Positions 1 to 13,854 of a DNA stretch of 64,000 nucleotides are shown here, in pieces. The DNA comes from Podarcis vaucheri. Taxonomy: Eukaryota. A program made the translations under genes and the position numbers. The DNA lies in NCBI GenBank assembly GCA_965113315.1, contig OZ220373.1; one strand, given 5' to 3'. Position 1 is the first letter of the stretch, and each line of letters starts with the position of its first letter. The notes beneath the pieces were generated by a model. That model saw only the letters and a list, made by a program, of their open reading frames with translations, ran no database searches and was not told where the DNA came from.

Positions 1-2774
1 GAATCCTACATATAGTAAGCATGGTTGTGTAGTTGTATCCAAAGCTGTAGACCTCTAGGATATATAGGATTTTATTTTAATTAGTCATTTTGCTGCTGCA
101 GCATTCTTTCCAGCAAATTTGATGATATAAGAGAACCATGAAACAATTATTCTGTTCATTAACTACTAAGTAAACAATAATCCAGCCTCAAGTCACAACT
201 GTTTACTGTTGCTACTTATGCCTCTTCAGTTTAGATTCCCAGATCTAAGTGTATCTTGATTCATCATCAAGTATTGTGTGGAAAGAATGCTATCAGAATA
301 ACAAAAACCATACCCCTTTCTTATATCTCTAGAGCTCAATAGAGATTTATTTGGAAGATCCTGAAGCTATTTTTCTTTACAAATATTTTAACAAGACCAA
401 CTTGTACCTTCTTGAATGCACATCTGTTCTAAATTTTCCCCCTTAATGGAAAGGACCACTATACTGCCTGCATTCCCACTGCTCACTCCTCTTTGGAGCT
501 TAAAGGAAATTTGTTGACATATTCTGAGGCAAGCATAGACAAAACAGCATAGGAAAGAGGAGGCAGCCAGAAGGAGAAGGGTTGAGGTTTGCTTAAACTA
601 ATTCCACATGCCCCATGAACCATTAGCTGTTTTTTATTTCCTGTTCCAAAGATTTGCAGAGAAAATAATCTGGGCAGGAGAAACGCTACACTTTTTCCTA
701 GTACGCTGCTGTGTGAGCCACCTTCAGCGAACCAAAAGTCCTTAATAATCCATTTTTCAAACACTACTGGTATTTCCTGTCCAAACAAAGATGGACTGTA
801 ACTGGAATCAATTTTATCATCTGTATGGTTACAAGTGCCAACTTTCTGGAAATAATTGTCTTTTAAATACTGGGTAAAAGTGCAAACAACAGTTTTACAG
901 CTATTTAATTTCCATTGTATGTTTGTGTGTGGTTAGTTTAACAAAAGCAAGGGGTTTTTTTTTGTTTGTTTTTACAGGGGAGCAGATTGGAATTAAGTAT
1001 TAGAGTTGTCAGGTTAATCTTGTTGCTTGTCTGGAATTCACAAAAATCAAAAGGGATTCAGTGGGGGGGGGTGTAAAAATTTGTTCCTTTAACTACTCTG
1101 CAGTAACTTTTATAAGGTGGTATAATATGCTACATAGCAGAATAAAATGTATAGACATTGTTGATTCCACATACTACCCAAATATTTCTAAATCCAATAC
1201 GTACAATTTTCAAGATGGGTGTTTTGTCAAGATTCTGAAAAATCTTCTGCCATTTCGGTTACTCATAAATAAATCAGCAGGTCATGATTTCCCCTCAAAA
1301 CATCTTAATGTATTAAAAAGGCAAGAACAAAATGTGATGCACATTATTTACTTTTGCCCTCTCCTCTGGGAGGCCAAGCAGGGCTCCTAATTGGCTGGCT
1401 GGGGTAGACTCTCCATACGGCAAACTGCTTATGAAATGGAGGAAAGTTTTAAAAAGCAGTTTGTGGTTTTACAGAAAGGCTACCTGCTGAAAGAAACCAA
1501 AACCATCTAGTGCAGGCTCTTTCCCCCCTTAATGACAGAATTTGGCCTGCCACACCAGATAGTTCACAAAGTTCTAGGCCGTTTTTTCAGACACAGAGCA
1601 TTCCAGAGAGTGACATATGTCACTGAGAGCTGGAGGACCTGTTGTTATAGTCAGATGCATATTTCTAGCCTGCACATAACGTCATGATAGCTGAATGAAG
1701 TGTTACTTCTGTTTGGAAACATTTAATTCAGGGTTTGATTTGAAGATCTAGTCCCAGAGGCATGTTGAAAACACACCAGAGGCAGAATTTCTGTGGAGGG
1801 GCAGTGGAAACAGAATTTGCAGAATTCTATCAGCATGGCTTCGGAATCTATGAGTTCTTGAAATGGCTTTTGTAGCCATGGGAACTACAGAACTCTGAAA
1901 AAAAACAATCAGAAATGTAAACAACCAGAGATCTCAGTCTTCTGAATCTGTAAGAAGGGAGCAGGATATATTCTAAATGCCATGTTTATGAAGATGCAAA
2001 ATCTTGCTGCAAGGATTAAGTCCTTACTTGTTTATTCTAATTCTGAAAGAATCCTATGGTTAAAAGAGTCTGAAAAATGGCATCTGAGATTACGCAGTAA
2101 AGAACACAACTTTATACATCTTTACTTTATATAGCTTTACTCAGAAGTAAATTCAGCTCTGTTCAATGGGCTTGCTCCCTGGTAATCTGTAGCCTAAAAT
2201 CTTGCAGTGCATCCTCACATCCTAACACACGGGTCCGGAACCTGTGGCGTCCCAGAAATCATTGGGAATCCAGGCCCTGTCAACCCATGTGGTCCATGCC
2301 ATAGATTAACAGGAGCTGCTGTCCAACTACATCCAGACTGCTCCTGTTTCGGGCTCCAAAAAGTCACTCGTGTGCCCTCTAGCACATTTTAAGCTGTGTC
2401 TCAAACACACCAAACTACTCCCCACCCCCCAATGAATTGTTTTAGGCATGTGTGCTTTTTATCCCTGTTGCGTTTAAAAAAACCAAAATCTTCTAGACTT
2501 CACCATACGAGTTCATCCAAGTATGTAAATACTGGTACATCTCACCTGTTTCTCAGTGGTTCCCCTTTTGCCCCCCATCCTGTTTGCTCTCTACCAGAGT
2601 TCAATATTGGAGGGAGTAATATGTCTGAAAATTAAGTCTTTGGAAATGGAATACAGTTTACTTTCCTTAATGTGATATGACACTTCAGTCAGCTCCATCT
2701 GAATTTAAGAAAATTCTAGCAGCATTGTCATGCAAATATTTTTAAAAGTTCTTGTAGCACATAGACTGGCATTT

Positions 2775-3030
2775 CATAGAATCACAGAATCTTAGAGCTG
2801 GAAGGGACCCAAGGGCCATCTAGTCCAACCCATAGCTGTCAACCTTCCCTTTTTTTGTGGGAAATTCCCTTATTCCAGCGCCGTTTCCTGCTGCTTCCCT
2901 GCTATCCCAGATTGTTAGATATCCCATAGACGGTCCCCGGGATAGGTGAGGCTGCTGATCCCTTATTTTCAATCTGAAAGTTGACAGCTATGCTCCAACC
3001 CCCTACAATGCAGGAATCTCCTAGCAAGGG
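2775..3030 (-). mobile_element. CR1-type LINE 3' end fragment, interrupted by a MITE
   Basis: catagaatcacagaatc...agagctggaagggaccc...ggccatctagtccaaccc is the reverse complement of the CR1 3' terminus with its ATTCTRTG tail; it resumes after the insert (ctccaaccccctacaatgcaggaatc). Confidence 0.75.
2831..2992. mobile_element. hAT-type MITE
   Basis: TIRs catagctgtcaac...gttgacagctatg; 8-bp TSD gtccaacc (2823-2830)/ctccaacc (2993-3000). Confidence 0.85.
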
Positions 3031-3839
3031 GCATGAACGTGCTCAGGCTGGGACCCCCACAAATCACATCTTGCTAATGCTGGCATGGAGGCTAAGATTT
3101 GAGGTGAAATCCTTGTTCCAAACTAAGCTCTTATTGTGTGTTTTAAACGCGTCACTATTTAGATCTCAGAGTAAACTATCTGGGGCAGCAATCCTTGCAA
3201 GGTGGATCAGACAAAGGCCAGGACAAAGATGTGCAGCTCTACAATGTCTGAATCTACAAATTTGATATCCCCGTGTATAAACGGAGGAGTTAATACATCA
3301 CATAAATGGGATAAAGGCAAGCAATTTGACTGCACATCTAACACACAATGTTTCCGCAACAATGGCACTGTTTGGGCCTCTGTAAAAACATTTTCCTCCC
3401 CAAAATAGTACTTATGGCTCATTTCAGTGAGTCTCAAAGAAAATATCACCAGCTACAATATAAGAATTCAATGACAGCACTCATCTCCAGTATTTGTCAG
3501 GTAGGTTTTGTATTATTTATTGTCTTGTAAATAAAGTTTAAATGCTTTCCCCCCCAGCCTTGGTTGCAAACTATCTACCCATTTTCAGTTCAACAGCAGG
3601 GAATAAAAGCTGCCATCATTTGATGTCTTCCTCCCCCCTCCCCCCCCCCGATTCTTTGTGCCTCCTTTCCATGGATTTCATTATAGCTACTGGAGGTATA
3701 TATTGTCAGATCTAGGGCACAGCAATGCTAAGTAAACGGGGCGGGGGAGGGTTGTGAAATTTTTATGATCCTTGGAACAGGAGTGGAAGACAGAACATAT
3801 TCAGCCTCCTGCACTTTCTCTCCCCCATCCCTCAAAAGA

Positions 3840-3842
<3 letters not shown>

Positions 3843-3878
<36 letters not shown>
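3843..3878. repeat. (TG)18 microsatellite
   Basis: Direct reading. Confidence 0.97.
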
Positions 3879-3881
<3 letters not shown>

Positions 3882-5924
3882 CTGTTCTCCTCAAGCCTAG
3901 TAGCTTGCTTCAACTTTATTAACACACACCCCTAAGATGCTTGCAGGTTTGCGGAAGATTAGATGGCTACAGACATTTTGTCAGATTCCAGACATTTAGG
4001 GCTGATTCACAGATGCAGGCACATTACCGGAACAGTTTTCATTGGGGCAACCATGTTATTCTGTTGCAGCATCAGCTTAGTAACTTGATTACAAGGAATG
4101 ACTAGCAGCTAAATGCTTCAGCTCAACATTTCTAGTAATGTTAAAATTGTATCTAACTCTCTGCTGGTTCATACACTCATACAAGTCATTGCTGCAGTTA
4201 TCAAACAGTTAACAGGAATGTGTGAACAAGCCCTTGGGATGTAAGATGCACAATTTTAGCCTAAATAGAATATGATCTGAAATCTGTTCATGAGCAGAGA
4301 CCCATATAATTTTACGCAACACGTTTTCCCATTTATATACACAGCCTATTCATTCCCACAAAGAGATGAATTCAGGGCATGTTCTGTATTCCCTTTACCT
4401 GTGAAATTTAATGGGCTCTTAACTAGCTACACAAAGAAAATTAATGGCACTAGCTTGCCATATACCTAATAAATGTCTTTTCTAGCTGCTGACAAAGGCA
4501 GCAAGGGCAGCTGGAGGTCTTAATATGATTTTGGGGCTGTCTGGATGAGGATCAATGGCACTGTAGACTGGGCAGGAGAGAGTTCTCTCTCTGCCAATTA
4601 GCCAACTTTGGATGAAGTTTAACAATTATTAACAAAGCCACACCTGAAAAATAAATATAAATATATTCTGCAGTCTACATGCTTATTCTCCAAAATGTAC
4701 CAGGTGAGATTCAGAAGGAATACTCAATACACAACCACAACATATTATACTGACGTTAATATGGAAGGCTACCAGATTTCCACTGGATATATTCATGCAT
4801 TATCTATATGTATTGTACAGAACACTACTGACTTTCATTATGACTCAGAACAGAGGCAGATACTGATCTCTGACATTACAAAGGCAACATTCCTTTTTGG
4901 TCTTCCCCACCACAGATGGGATAGATTCAGGAATTGTTTCGTCGCTGCTGCAAAAAGCTTCAAGGTGAACTAGGTTTTAGAAAACTGATCCTTCACCAAA
5001 TATGCGATGAATAACAACTTTCACTATATATTCTGGGCAATGGGCAATATTCCTGTGCATGTTTCACTTGTGTGTGTATTATATCGTTTCCTTACAATGG
5101 CCATTTTCTGTTAGCTATGTGTTACAGAGAAATAATGGATATTCTCCAGGAAGGCTTACCCAAAACACTAGAGAAAACACTGGAAAAGTCACCAACGCAC
5201 AGTGCTTTCCCACCAAGTCACCGCAAATAACTGTAGTCATTGAGTTATGCTAAAATGATGTGAATATAAAGAAGTTCCCTTGGCAACCAGAGGCAGCAAA
5301 TCCTGATTGGATGCAGGTTAAGTGTTTTGTCTGAAATCTCTTCACACTACAGGGAAAAGGAGCCGTATTCTTTGTTGCAAGATTTTTCATAGAAGAAAAG
5401 GGAGATACAAGGAAAATAGTCCTCTCTTTCTTCCTTTCCTTTGGCAGGAATGGGATCTCAGTAGACTAGAAAATACAGGGGTTTGCCCTGCCTGGAATAA
5501 GGACACAGATCACAAGCATGAGAAGGAATGAGCTAAATACAAAAGGAGCCCAAAGAAGAAGGGGGAGGAGGGGAAAAGGCTAGAACACACTGAAGCTATG
5601 TTTAGAAGCATTAAACAAATCTTACAAATAGGCAGTCTATTAAATGGAGAATAAGAATTAGAAAAGCAGCACCAAAAACACAGAATGCAATGCTATCATG
5701 GATAAAGCTACCATTTGTTTAGGCACACAGAACAACTGCTTCTGTCTTAAGGGAGGAGTGCTGATTGTTATAGCTAGTGTAACAGAGGCAGAGGCTACGT
5801 GGGACCTTCAACTGCTCCTTGAGTTGTTCTAACCAAGAACAAGAAACATGGTAGGAACAATTGGGAACTTCCTCACTCAGGCCCATTCCTAACAGGTTGT
5901 ATCTGCAGAAGGGGTAGAAATCCC

Positions 5925-6300
5925 CCATGTAAAGCGAACTTGCCTAATTTGCATTTTGCAAAACGATACGCAAACTGAAGCATAGACATACTTCAAAATT
6001 CGCCCCTTTCTGAGTTATTCAATGCAGTTCTACAGCCAGGTACTGTGCAACGAAAATGCATATACTAGGGTAAAAGCATGCATATTATAGTGAAAATAAC
6101 ATACAGAAATGCATTACATTAGTCAAAAATGCTTTGCAAAAATGTTCACATTAGGCAAATTGCATACAAAGAGGTGTAAGTTAGGAGAAATAGACACTAA
6201 AGTGGCTGATTTTTCATGAGAACCCCTCTTTATTGCAGACTGCTTTGGAAAGGTGAACTGAACTTGAAAAGTGAGAAGCTAGGAGAAACTAAAACTAAAA
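5925..6300. repeat. Old lizard interspersed repeat with internal aaaatgca-type subrepeats; a related copy may lie at ~61020-61200
   Basis: Recurrent aaaatgcata/aaatgcatta/aaaatgcttt/aaaaatgttc units; recognised only qualitatively. Confidence 0.45.
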
Positions 6301-8725
6301 TATTTGTCCAGCTCTAGTAGTATCCAAGGGTGGTTTTGGGCTAGCAGAAAGAGCCTCCACACACAAGTGGCAAGGCACCAAATTTTCAGCAATCCTCTCA
6401 TTTCAGAGGATCCCCCTACACTCAAAAACAGTTTTAGGTGTGATGCAGCCAATAGAGGGGATTGCTGGAAATCACCAAGTAGAATTAAAAGCTTTGCATA
6501 TTCGTGTACATTATATAGCATTATCCTGAGCTCAATACACATACCAATGTCTAACTAACCCCTCCAACTTGATGCAATGTCATGATATCAGATTATAATG
6601 CTTTGATACCATTAGAAAGGTAAAGGATAAAAGAGGGGGGGGGAATGCTTAAACTGAAATTATGGGCTTATAATGCAAAAAAGGATACAATTTGTTTGGA
6701 ATAGGTTTAAGTGGGCAATACACTTTACTGTTACTAACACTTTCAGCTAGCTTCATTGCCACTATGAACATCTTTAATAATAAAAAAGTAATTAGGGCTG
6801 GTTGATTTAAGAGGAAAGAACTCTAAAACTATGACAGTGATGACTTAATATTGCAAATTACAGTTTTTAGTACAGGTAATTTAGCATACCAAATCACAGT
6901 TCTAATTTCTTTCCACAGGGCAAAAGCAGAAGAAATGTACTTGTGGGGGAGGGTGCGACACTGAAAAGGAAAGTCTCTTAAAAAGAAAAACCCTTGAAAA
7001 GATTAAGAAATGTAACCTACTTATTCACAAAAGTGCTCCAGCCATACAAGAGGGCTAGATAGCTCATATTCTAAATGTATATATTTAGAAGAATGAGTGT
7101 CAGAAGAATAGTGGGAATGATGTACCCCAAAGAAATGTGTAAGCATACACACTATACTGATTTGTTCAAAAAGAAAGAAAGAATTGTTTATTATTCCAAT
7201 GAAGTATTAATATATGAATTAGGTATCTTCTTGAGTAACTTCCACAATGCTGAGTAGTGAATGGAAATAGCCACTACAAAATATAGAAACTGAAATAGTG
7301 TTGTAATTACGCATATTGATACTCTTTAAAAAAAATTTACCACCTCGAAAATGCACATAAAGCATCTTGCCAGGTCTTGCAGATACCACTGATGGTAAGC
7401 AAGGCCATTTTGGGTAGAGATGAGTGAACTCCCTTCACTTAATTTGAACTGGGACCGGAAGATATGAGCATACATGTAAAAGTTCTGCCCCCTTCTTCAA
7501 CTATTCTAAATCCACTTGCAATTGCACATTCCCGGTTCTGGGGGCAGCAGGTGGTTGAAGGAACACAGAGGAACGACTTCTTTCCTCCCTTGGTGGCTAT
7601 AGTGCTTGCTTGTATATAGAATGTGGAAGTTGCTGAAAGTGTCATATCCCAAACAAAGGAATTACAAACTAATCTGATTAATTAGAAACTCTTTGGCTAA
7701 AAAGGCAGAATGGTGGAAGGAGTGAGGCTGACTGAACCTGCCTGCCTCCTAAGTTCCTTTCTGAGAGGGCTGCCTAACTTCCTTTTTTAAAAAAAGTAAA
7801 GTCAGATCCTGGGGCCCCTTGAAAACATCAGCAACTGCGCCATTGATAATCCATCCTTGAAAATATTTATATATGAGCATGCTTTTTAAAAACATGCTCT
7901 TCTTGCTGCACATTTTGACCCCAAGTCAAACCAACACTAACATTTTAAGAAGGTATTACCCCCTTTCTTTCTCAGGTGTATAGTGACAAAACATCTTATG
8001 TCAACACAAATATTTTTGCAGAAAAACAGGCAGGAAACAAGTGGGACGTACAACAAGATGTCGCACTGTATCCTCCTTACTAAAAGGAATGCTCTTGTTG
8101 AGGATTTTAAACAGACGTTCACACCAAGGAAGGTATTCCACCATTCTGCCCTAGCTGGTCACAGAACCATTTCTGAAGTTCCTTGCTGCCATTCTAATAT
8201 TCTGTGGCTATTGAACGTACTCAGTCCTCAGTGGTTTTGCCCTCTTGTTTGTCTGTGGTCTCAAATGAGCTTCAATCCTGTTGGCACTCACCATTTATTA
8301 GGCAGAGTGATTAACGTTATGGAATCAGAGTTGCACCATTTTTTAAAAAAATACTACACTCAAACAAAATACTACACTCAAACAAATTAAATTAGTCCCT
8401 GCCAGTTAAAATGTCATGAGATATGTAGCTTCCAAGAATAACCAGAACACACTTTTTTCCACAATGCAGAACCACCACAGAATTAGCTTGCATGGAAGCA
8501 GTTATTACTAATCTTCCAGTATATGACCCTATTTGGAAGAGTAAGAAAGCCAAAGAATATAGCACAGTTAAACAAATAAAACTTCACAGAAGGAAAATTC
8601 TCAAGACCAGATCTAATTTTCCTTTCCCATTAATCTTCATGGCCATTAGTTCTAACATCTTGGTTGTTCACCAGCATGAATTACACCTATATAGCCAATG
8701 GCTAATTTCCGAAAAGAAAAATGTA

Positions 8726-9034
8726 CAGGCATACCTCGGAGATATGCCGGGTTTGGTTCCAGACGACCGCAATAAAACAAGTATCGCAATAAAGTGAGTC
8801 GCACCATTTTTTAAAAGTTTCCCAGTGCATATAAAAGTTATGTTTACACTATAGTATATTCTATTAAACCAGGCTTGCTGGCTGCAGGGCGGAAAACCAA
8901 GCTCTAGCCCTAGTCAGGTCAGAAGAGGGGAGATGGCAGCAGGAGGCTTCCTTTCCCTGGAAGCAGCTGAGCTGCCCACAGCTGCACCCGTGCCCTCATA
9001 AAGAGCAATATCTGTAAAGCGCAAAGTGTGCCTG
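8726..9034 (-). mobile_element. Internally deleted Tigger1-like (pogo/TcMar-Tigger) element
   Basis: TA|caggcatacctcggagatat...ggttccagac...cgcaataaa...tttcccagtgcatataaaagttatgtttacactata resembles the reverse complement of the Tigger1 3' end. The other end ...gcaatatctgtaaagcgcaaagtgtgcctg|TA resembles the 5' end. TA TSD on both sides. Confidence 0.8.
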
Positions 9035-9448
9035 TATAAGCTCAGCCCCATCTGCAAGCCAGAAACTCTGATATAATGGGTGGAGCTGGTTAGTGGAAGG
9101 TTCCTAGGAGGTATGAACAAATACATTCCACAGAAGGACTCCTTTTCACCCCAAACCAAACCATGGCTTAGTTCAGCATGGCAGCAAAACTATCAGAGGG
9201 GAACTGTCAAAATGGCAGTGATCTCTCTACATGCTTGCATTCTTGTGCTAGACCATAATTTGGGTTAGCATCACATTCAAACTAAGCCACTGTGCTTATA
9301 TATCAGAAAGTTGATTACTTGGAATATGGAACTTAAGTGCCAACTAAGGACATAAGTGGACATCTGAAATTGTGGGAAATGTGTACCTTTGGCAAAAGTG
9401 TCAGAATGCAATTGATGGGAAAGAAAGCAAACAAGGGCAAACTTGGCG

Positions 9449-9457
<9 letters not shown>

Positions 9458-9493
<36 letters not shown>
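9458..9493. repeat. (TG)18 microsatellite
   Basis: Direct reading. Confidence 0.97.
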
Positions 9494-9495
<2 letters not shown>

Positions 9496-10749
9496 GGAAG
9501 CATTATCGTGACTAGAGATGGGCAGAGCATTATTTTTAACAAGCAGTTCATTTTTAATATTCTCTTTAATACTCCAGGGCTATAGTTTTAAAATGTCCTT
9601 GTCCAGAGCTTGGACATACAGTAATTAAAATGTTTAATTCTATAATAAATAATTACATAACCTCATTAGATTCAGAAATTCCCAGCAAATATATTTCCAT
9701 TGTGTTATTTTGTAAACCCATTCTTAGAACGTTTATCTATACATTTAAGTAACAAGTTCCCTAAATCCAGGGGCATTTTAGTAAAGAGAGAAATCTAATT
9801 TAGTTTATGTTCCTAAACAGTTAATAAAGTTAAGAACTGCCTTCAATATGATTTGCGTTATACTTGGAATACTCAATAAATTGATCACTGTTATGTATAT
9901 TATATTTGACGAGAGAAAAAAAGCTCCTTGCAAGAATCAGAGTAATGTATTCAATAGTTTGCAAGCCCACAGTCCCAGAGAGACTAACACAAGTCCAAAT
10001 GTGATCTCTCAATGCTGAACTCAGAATGGCTACTGCAAGTTAATTCAGAACCATACAGTACTGCTTTTGATGTCAATTGCCTTAATGTGAGATCAGGAAC
10101 GATTGCTGCATTATGATAGATCAAGGCTGCTTTCAAAAGTGATGCTTAGAGTGTCTTTTAGTTATTAACACTTTGAAGAAAATGTTAATATGGCTAATTC
10201 TGCATTTAACACAAGAAACAAGACATTTTAAATTTGAGTGACAGCCCCTAGAAACAGAGTTGTAAAATTTGTGAAGAGACATGGCTTTGAAGATGGGCAT
10301 GATTAATTCCTGACTGTCCCAAGTAAAACCAGCACCAATTTAAGTGCATATTGGGAAAGCCAAAGTTATAAGAGTAGCTTGTTTGGACCAAGGGGTTGTG
10401 GAAATCAAACAATTTTTCTGTTATCTTTTATTGTATTTGATTTTTTCATCCCGTCCTTTCTGAAGGATTCCAGAGCCAAAACAGCGGGCATCAAATAGGT
10501 GATGGCCTTTGCCATCACACAAGGCAGGCAGGTATTCTTACGTTGATGAGGTGATCTGGAGTTTCAAATTATTTGACTGTCTGACGAAACACTAGCAGAG
10601 CTGATCACACCCCTTAGTTCAAGATGCAGGCACAGCTGGAATAGGTGGTCAGAGGGAGGAATTTGCAGAATAAGCGGTAGCTACATATGTAGGAAATTGG
10701 AATTCTGCAACATATGGGGCTTAGTCTAGCAGTACTGAGTTTTACCTAT

Positions 10750-10863
10750 TGGGTTATATCCAATGTTAGTAATACTCAGAGTAGGCCTGTCAAAATGAAC
10801 AGACTTAACTCAATTTATTTCCATGGATCTACTCTGAGTATGACTGACACTGGTTATCACCCA
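10750..10863. mobile_element. Short palindromic MITE-like repeat; relative at ~43960-44086
   Basis: Inverted arms gggttatatccaatgttagtaatactcagagtagg...ctactctgagtatgactgacactggttatcaccc. Confidence 0.6.
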
Positions 10864-13800
10864 CTGATTTGAATTTAACCAACTGAATATTTAACTGTAA
10901 TATTTAGAATGTTTTAAACAGGATGACAGCAAACAAGATAAGAGTGTTACATGGCACATGACTTGAACATCAGTGGAAGAGCAAGTCAGAACAATGTAAT
11001 GCGATCAGTACTGAAGTAATATTTGAGTGGGCAAGATTATTTATCAGAACTACCCTTCTCCAGCCACTTAAAAGCTCCTCATAGGCTACTAACAAACATA
11101 TATCACAGAAAGGTTAATTATTCTGCTCATGAATCTACAGTTTCTTTGGGGCTGTCAGAGAGAAAACCCTTTTCATCTAAAAACCTATTGCAGGGAGTGC
11201 CCACACAGGCTTTCTAGAAGTAGTCAAGGAGTTATCCATTCGTTTTGAGTAAGAGGCAAATATCTATACCAGTTCTGAGGAAAGACACTTTTCATAATCA
11301 CCCAACTATCTGCTAAGTGAAAACATATGGCGCAGTTTAGGCAAAGCTTGCCAAAGGTCTTTATTGAATGGAAAACAGGTGCTCTTGTTGTCTGCCATGT
11401 AATACCCTATTTACCCCCAAGTCCAAAGGTTACTGGACTAATAGTTGCCTTGTGGTAATCGGGGAAAACTAAGTTACTTGGCATGGTCAAACATCTGGGA
11501 CATATTTTATATGCTTGCAACATATGCTTCAGCTTCAATTAAAGTGAGGCTTTGGCACATTTATTAATCTTTTGACTTTTATTCTATAAGGGGACCCACT
11601 GACCTCACTTTGCTATTTTACCAAATGAGAAAACAGAAAAGTAATGAGAGCTAGAGGTCAGCATCAATCAACACTGCAGAATTTACATTTGTTTTCTCTC
11701 AAAACTGTATTATACACACCGTTAAAATGTGTGAATTCACTCTTGTTGTGTATTATACACAATTATCCATGCAATACAAGTCTAGTTTAGGGTATGGAGG
11801 AGAACTAAAACTAATCCTTCTAAAATTCTGCAAATGTAAAGGTTCTCTTCTAAAAATACAGTGTCTAGTCTCTAGGAATGCTTTGCAAAATAATCCTGTG
11901 TACATTATTTGCATCAAACTATAGTGTTACATAAACCCAGACACTTATGAACATTATGTTGTGAATATTCAGTCTAAATGTTTTCCCATAAGAATAAATA
12001 GCACTGAATTCATATATTCATGGCTTGAGTAGTTACATTCAAGAAGTATTTTGGAACCATTTTGTTGGGTTCAGACTGCCAAATACCGTTCCCGATAGTA
12101 TGCTATTTTTAGCTTAGTATGGTTTGCTTGTTAAGTAATTTACACAAGACAATAAAATACTTTTTTTGATTACTTAGTAACAAAAAGAATAGGTCAATTC
12201 CTTAATTACTAAGTAGCTAAGATTTATTTAAACAAAGGGTATATTAGAAGTTCTTATGTGTATACATTTTGCAGGTGTTGAAGCTATTTCTATGGATACA
12301 AAAATTACTGGACATTCCCATATAATATGCTATAATTATAATGAAATATGAACAAGAGGAGGAAAATACTCACAAATGGATAGCAGACCTACGTTTATCA
12401 GAGGAGAAATGCTTTTGAGTTAATATACACGCTCACTACATCTACATGGCTGACCTTCACAATAAATCACATATTCTGTTGCCAGACATATACACACTAT
12501 GTAGTACTGAAAGAAAGCACACGTGGCTTTGCACAAAGAAAATTTAGGTATGACGTTATTTCATGATTGCAGCTTCTAGCAAAATGATTTAAATGTGTAT
12601 AGGGGGGAAATGCTATCTCTGTCTCTTGAATGTTAAGATAATAAGGAAATAGTCCAAATTTTCATCTTTCAAAACACAGACCTTAATTGTTCAAAGGGCT
12701 AACTAATCACAGTGAATTTTCTGACACTTGAAATGTTTAGTAGCTGCCAGCCTACAAATTCTTAAAGCGGTACAGAACTGTACATCTCTACTAGCAACAA
12801 AGGTCAAGGGCATAAATTAAGATACTTTTTCTTTCTTTCTCTAGCCTTAAAAAAAGTCAGTGCTTTATTACAACAGAAGTACAAGAACGTTTGTAAAGGT
12901 CAATGTTTTCTGTACTTAACGTGAAGTGCTTTAAAAGAATCTGAATACTTTTCTCTATAAATACCCTCATTTCAAAACTTAAAACACAACAAAACATTTA
13001 TCTTGCTGTACTTTTACTTCCCCACAAACCAGTCCTGCCAACTAATGCCATTGCTTCACTCTTACAAGGTCATTCTAATTTCCTCTCTGTGTCTCTTCCC
13101 TCCCCTCTAGGGACAACCATGCAGTCCTATTGCTTGCTTCAATAACCTGTAGAAACTAGCTGTTATTTACTGTGGTGGCAAATCCTCGACCTGACCAGCA
13201 ACCTGGGAACTGAGCAACATTCTCAAGAGCTAAAAGAACTACCATAGTCCCTTAGGTTGATGCTGGGCTGCACAACACCAATCCCAAATCCATCTGTAAG
13301 AGGCCCATGAGAATTGTGATTATTTAAATATCATACGGAGCGAAACACGCACCAAACATTCTTCTGCCAAGTAATTCTCAGAAAATTATAGATGGCAATA
13401 GACCACCTTCAAACAGTGTGGCTTTTCTATTTTTACAACATTTCTTCCCACAAGTAAGTACAGCCCTATTTGTAATACTCAAGACAGGACAAATTTTTGT
13501 CCTTCAAAAACAGTTGTCACTGCAGTTATCTTCACAACAGCTATCAAGTTCCAGAGAAGCTGAATTATTTTTGTTCCTGGTAGGAGGAAAAAAAATTGAC
13601 CCAGCTCTGGACAAAAAAGGGAGGATTTATAGTCCTCTTTCCCTTCCTACAATATACACTGGCATTGTTAGGATGATAAACAGCTCTGTCCAATTTTCTG
13701 GACTAAAAACACTTCAGCTCCTTTTTAACTGTCTGCAAGAACAGTGTCATGTCTAAATTCTCCTATCCCCAGGTACCCAAGTGCTAGGAAAGATAATTAC

Positions 13801-13854
13801 CTTGTCATCTCTGTCATCCTCTTCTTCCTCGTCCTCTAGCATGTCCTCCACTAC
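13801..13854 (-). CDS. MCTP1: MCTP1 exon, 54 nt, acidic linker: [18 protein letters not shown]
   Basis: Acceptor tttgtgtctgcag|GTA, donor AAG|gtaatt; phase 0/0. Confidence 0.93.

Noticed and set aside
8348-8388. 18-bp tandem duplication (aaaatactacactcaaac x2); similar at ~27298-27331 and ~56172-56198
   Set aside because: Ordinary slippage duplications with no sign of function.
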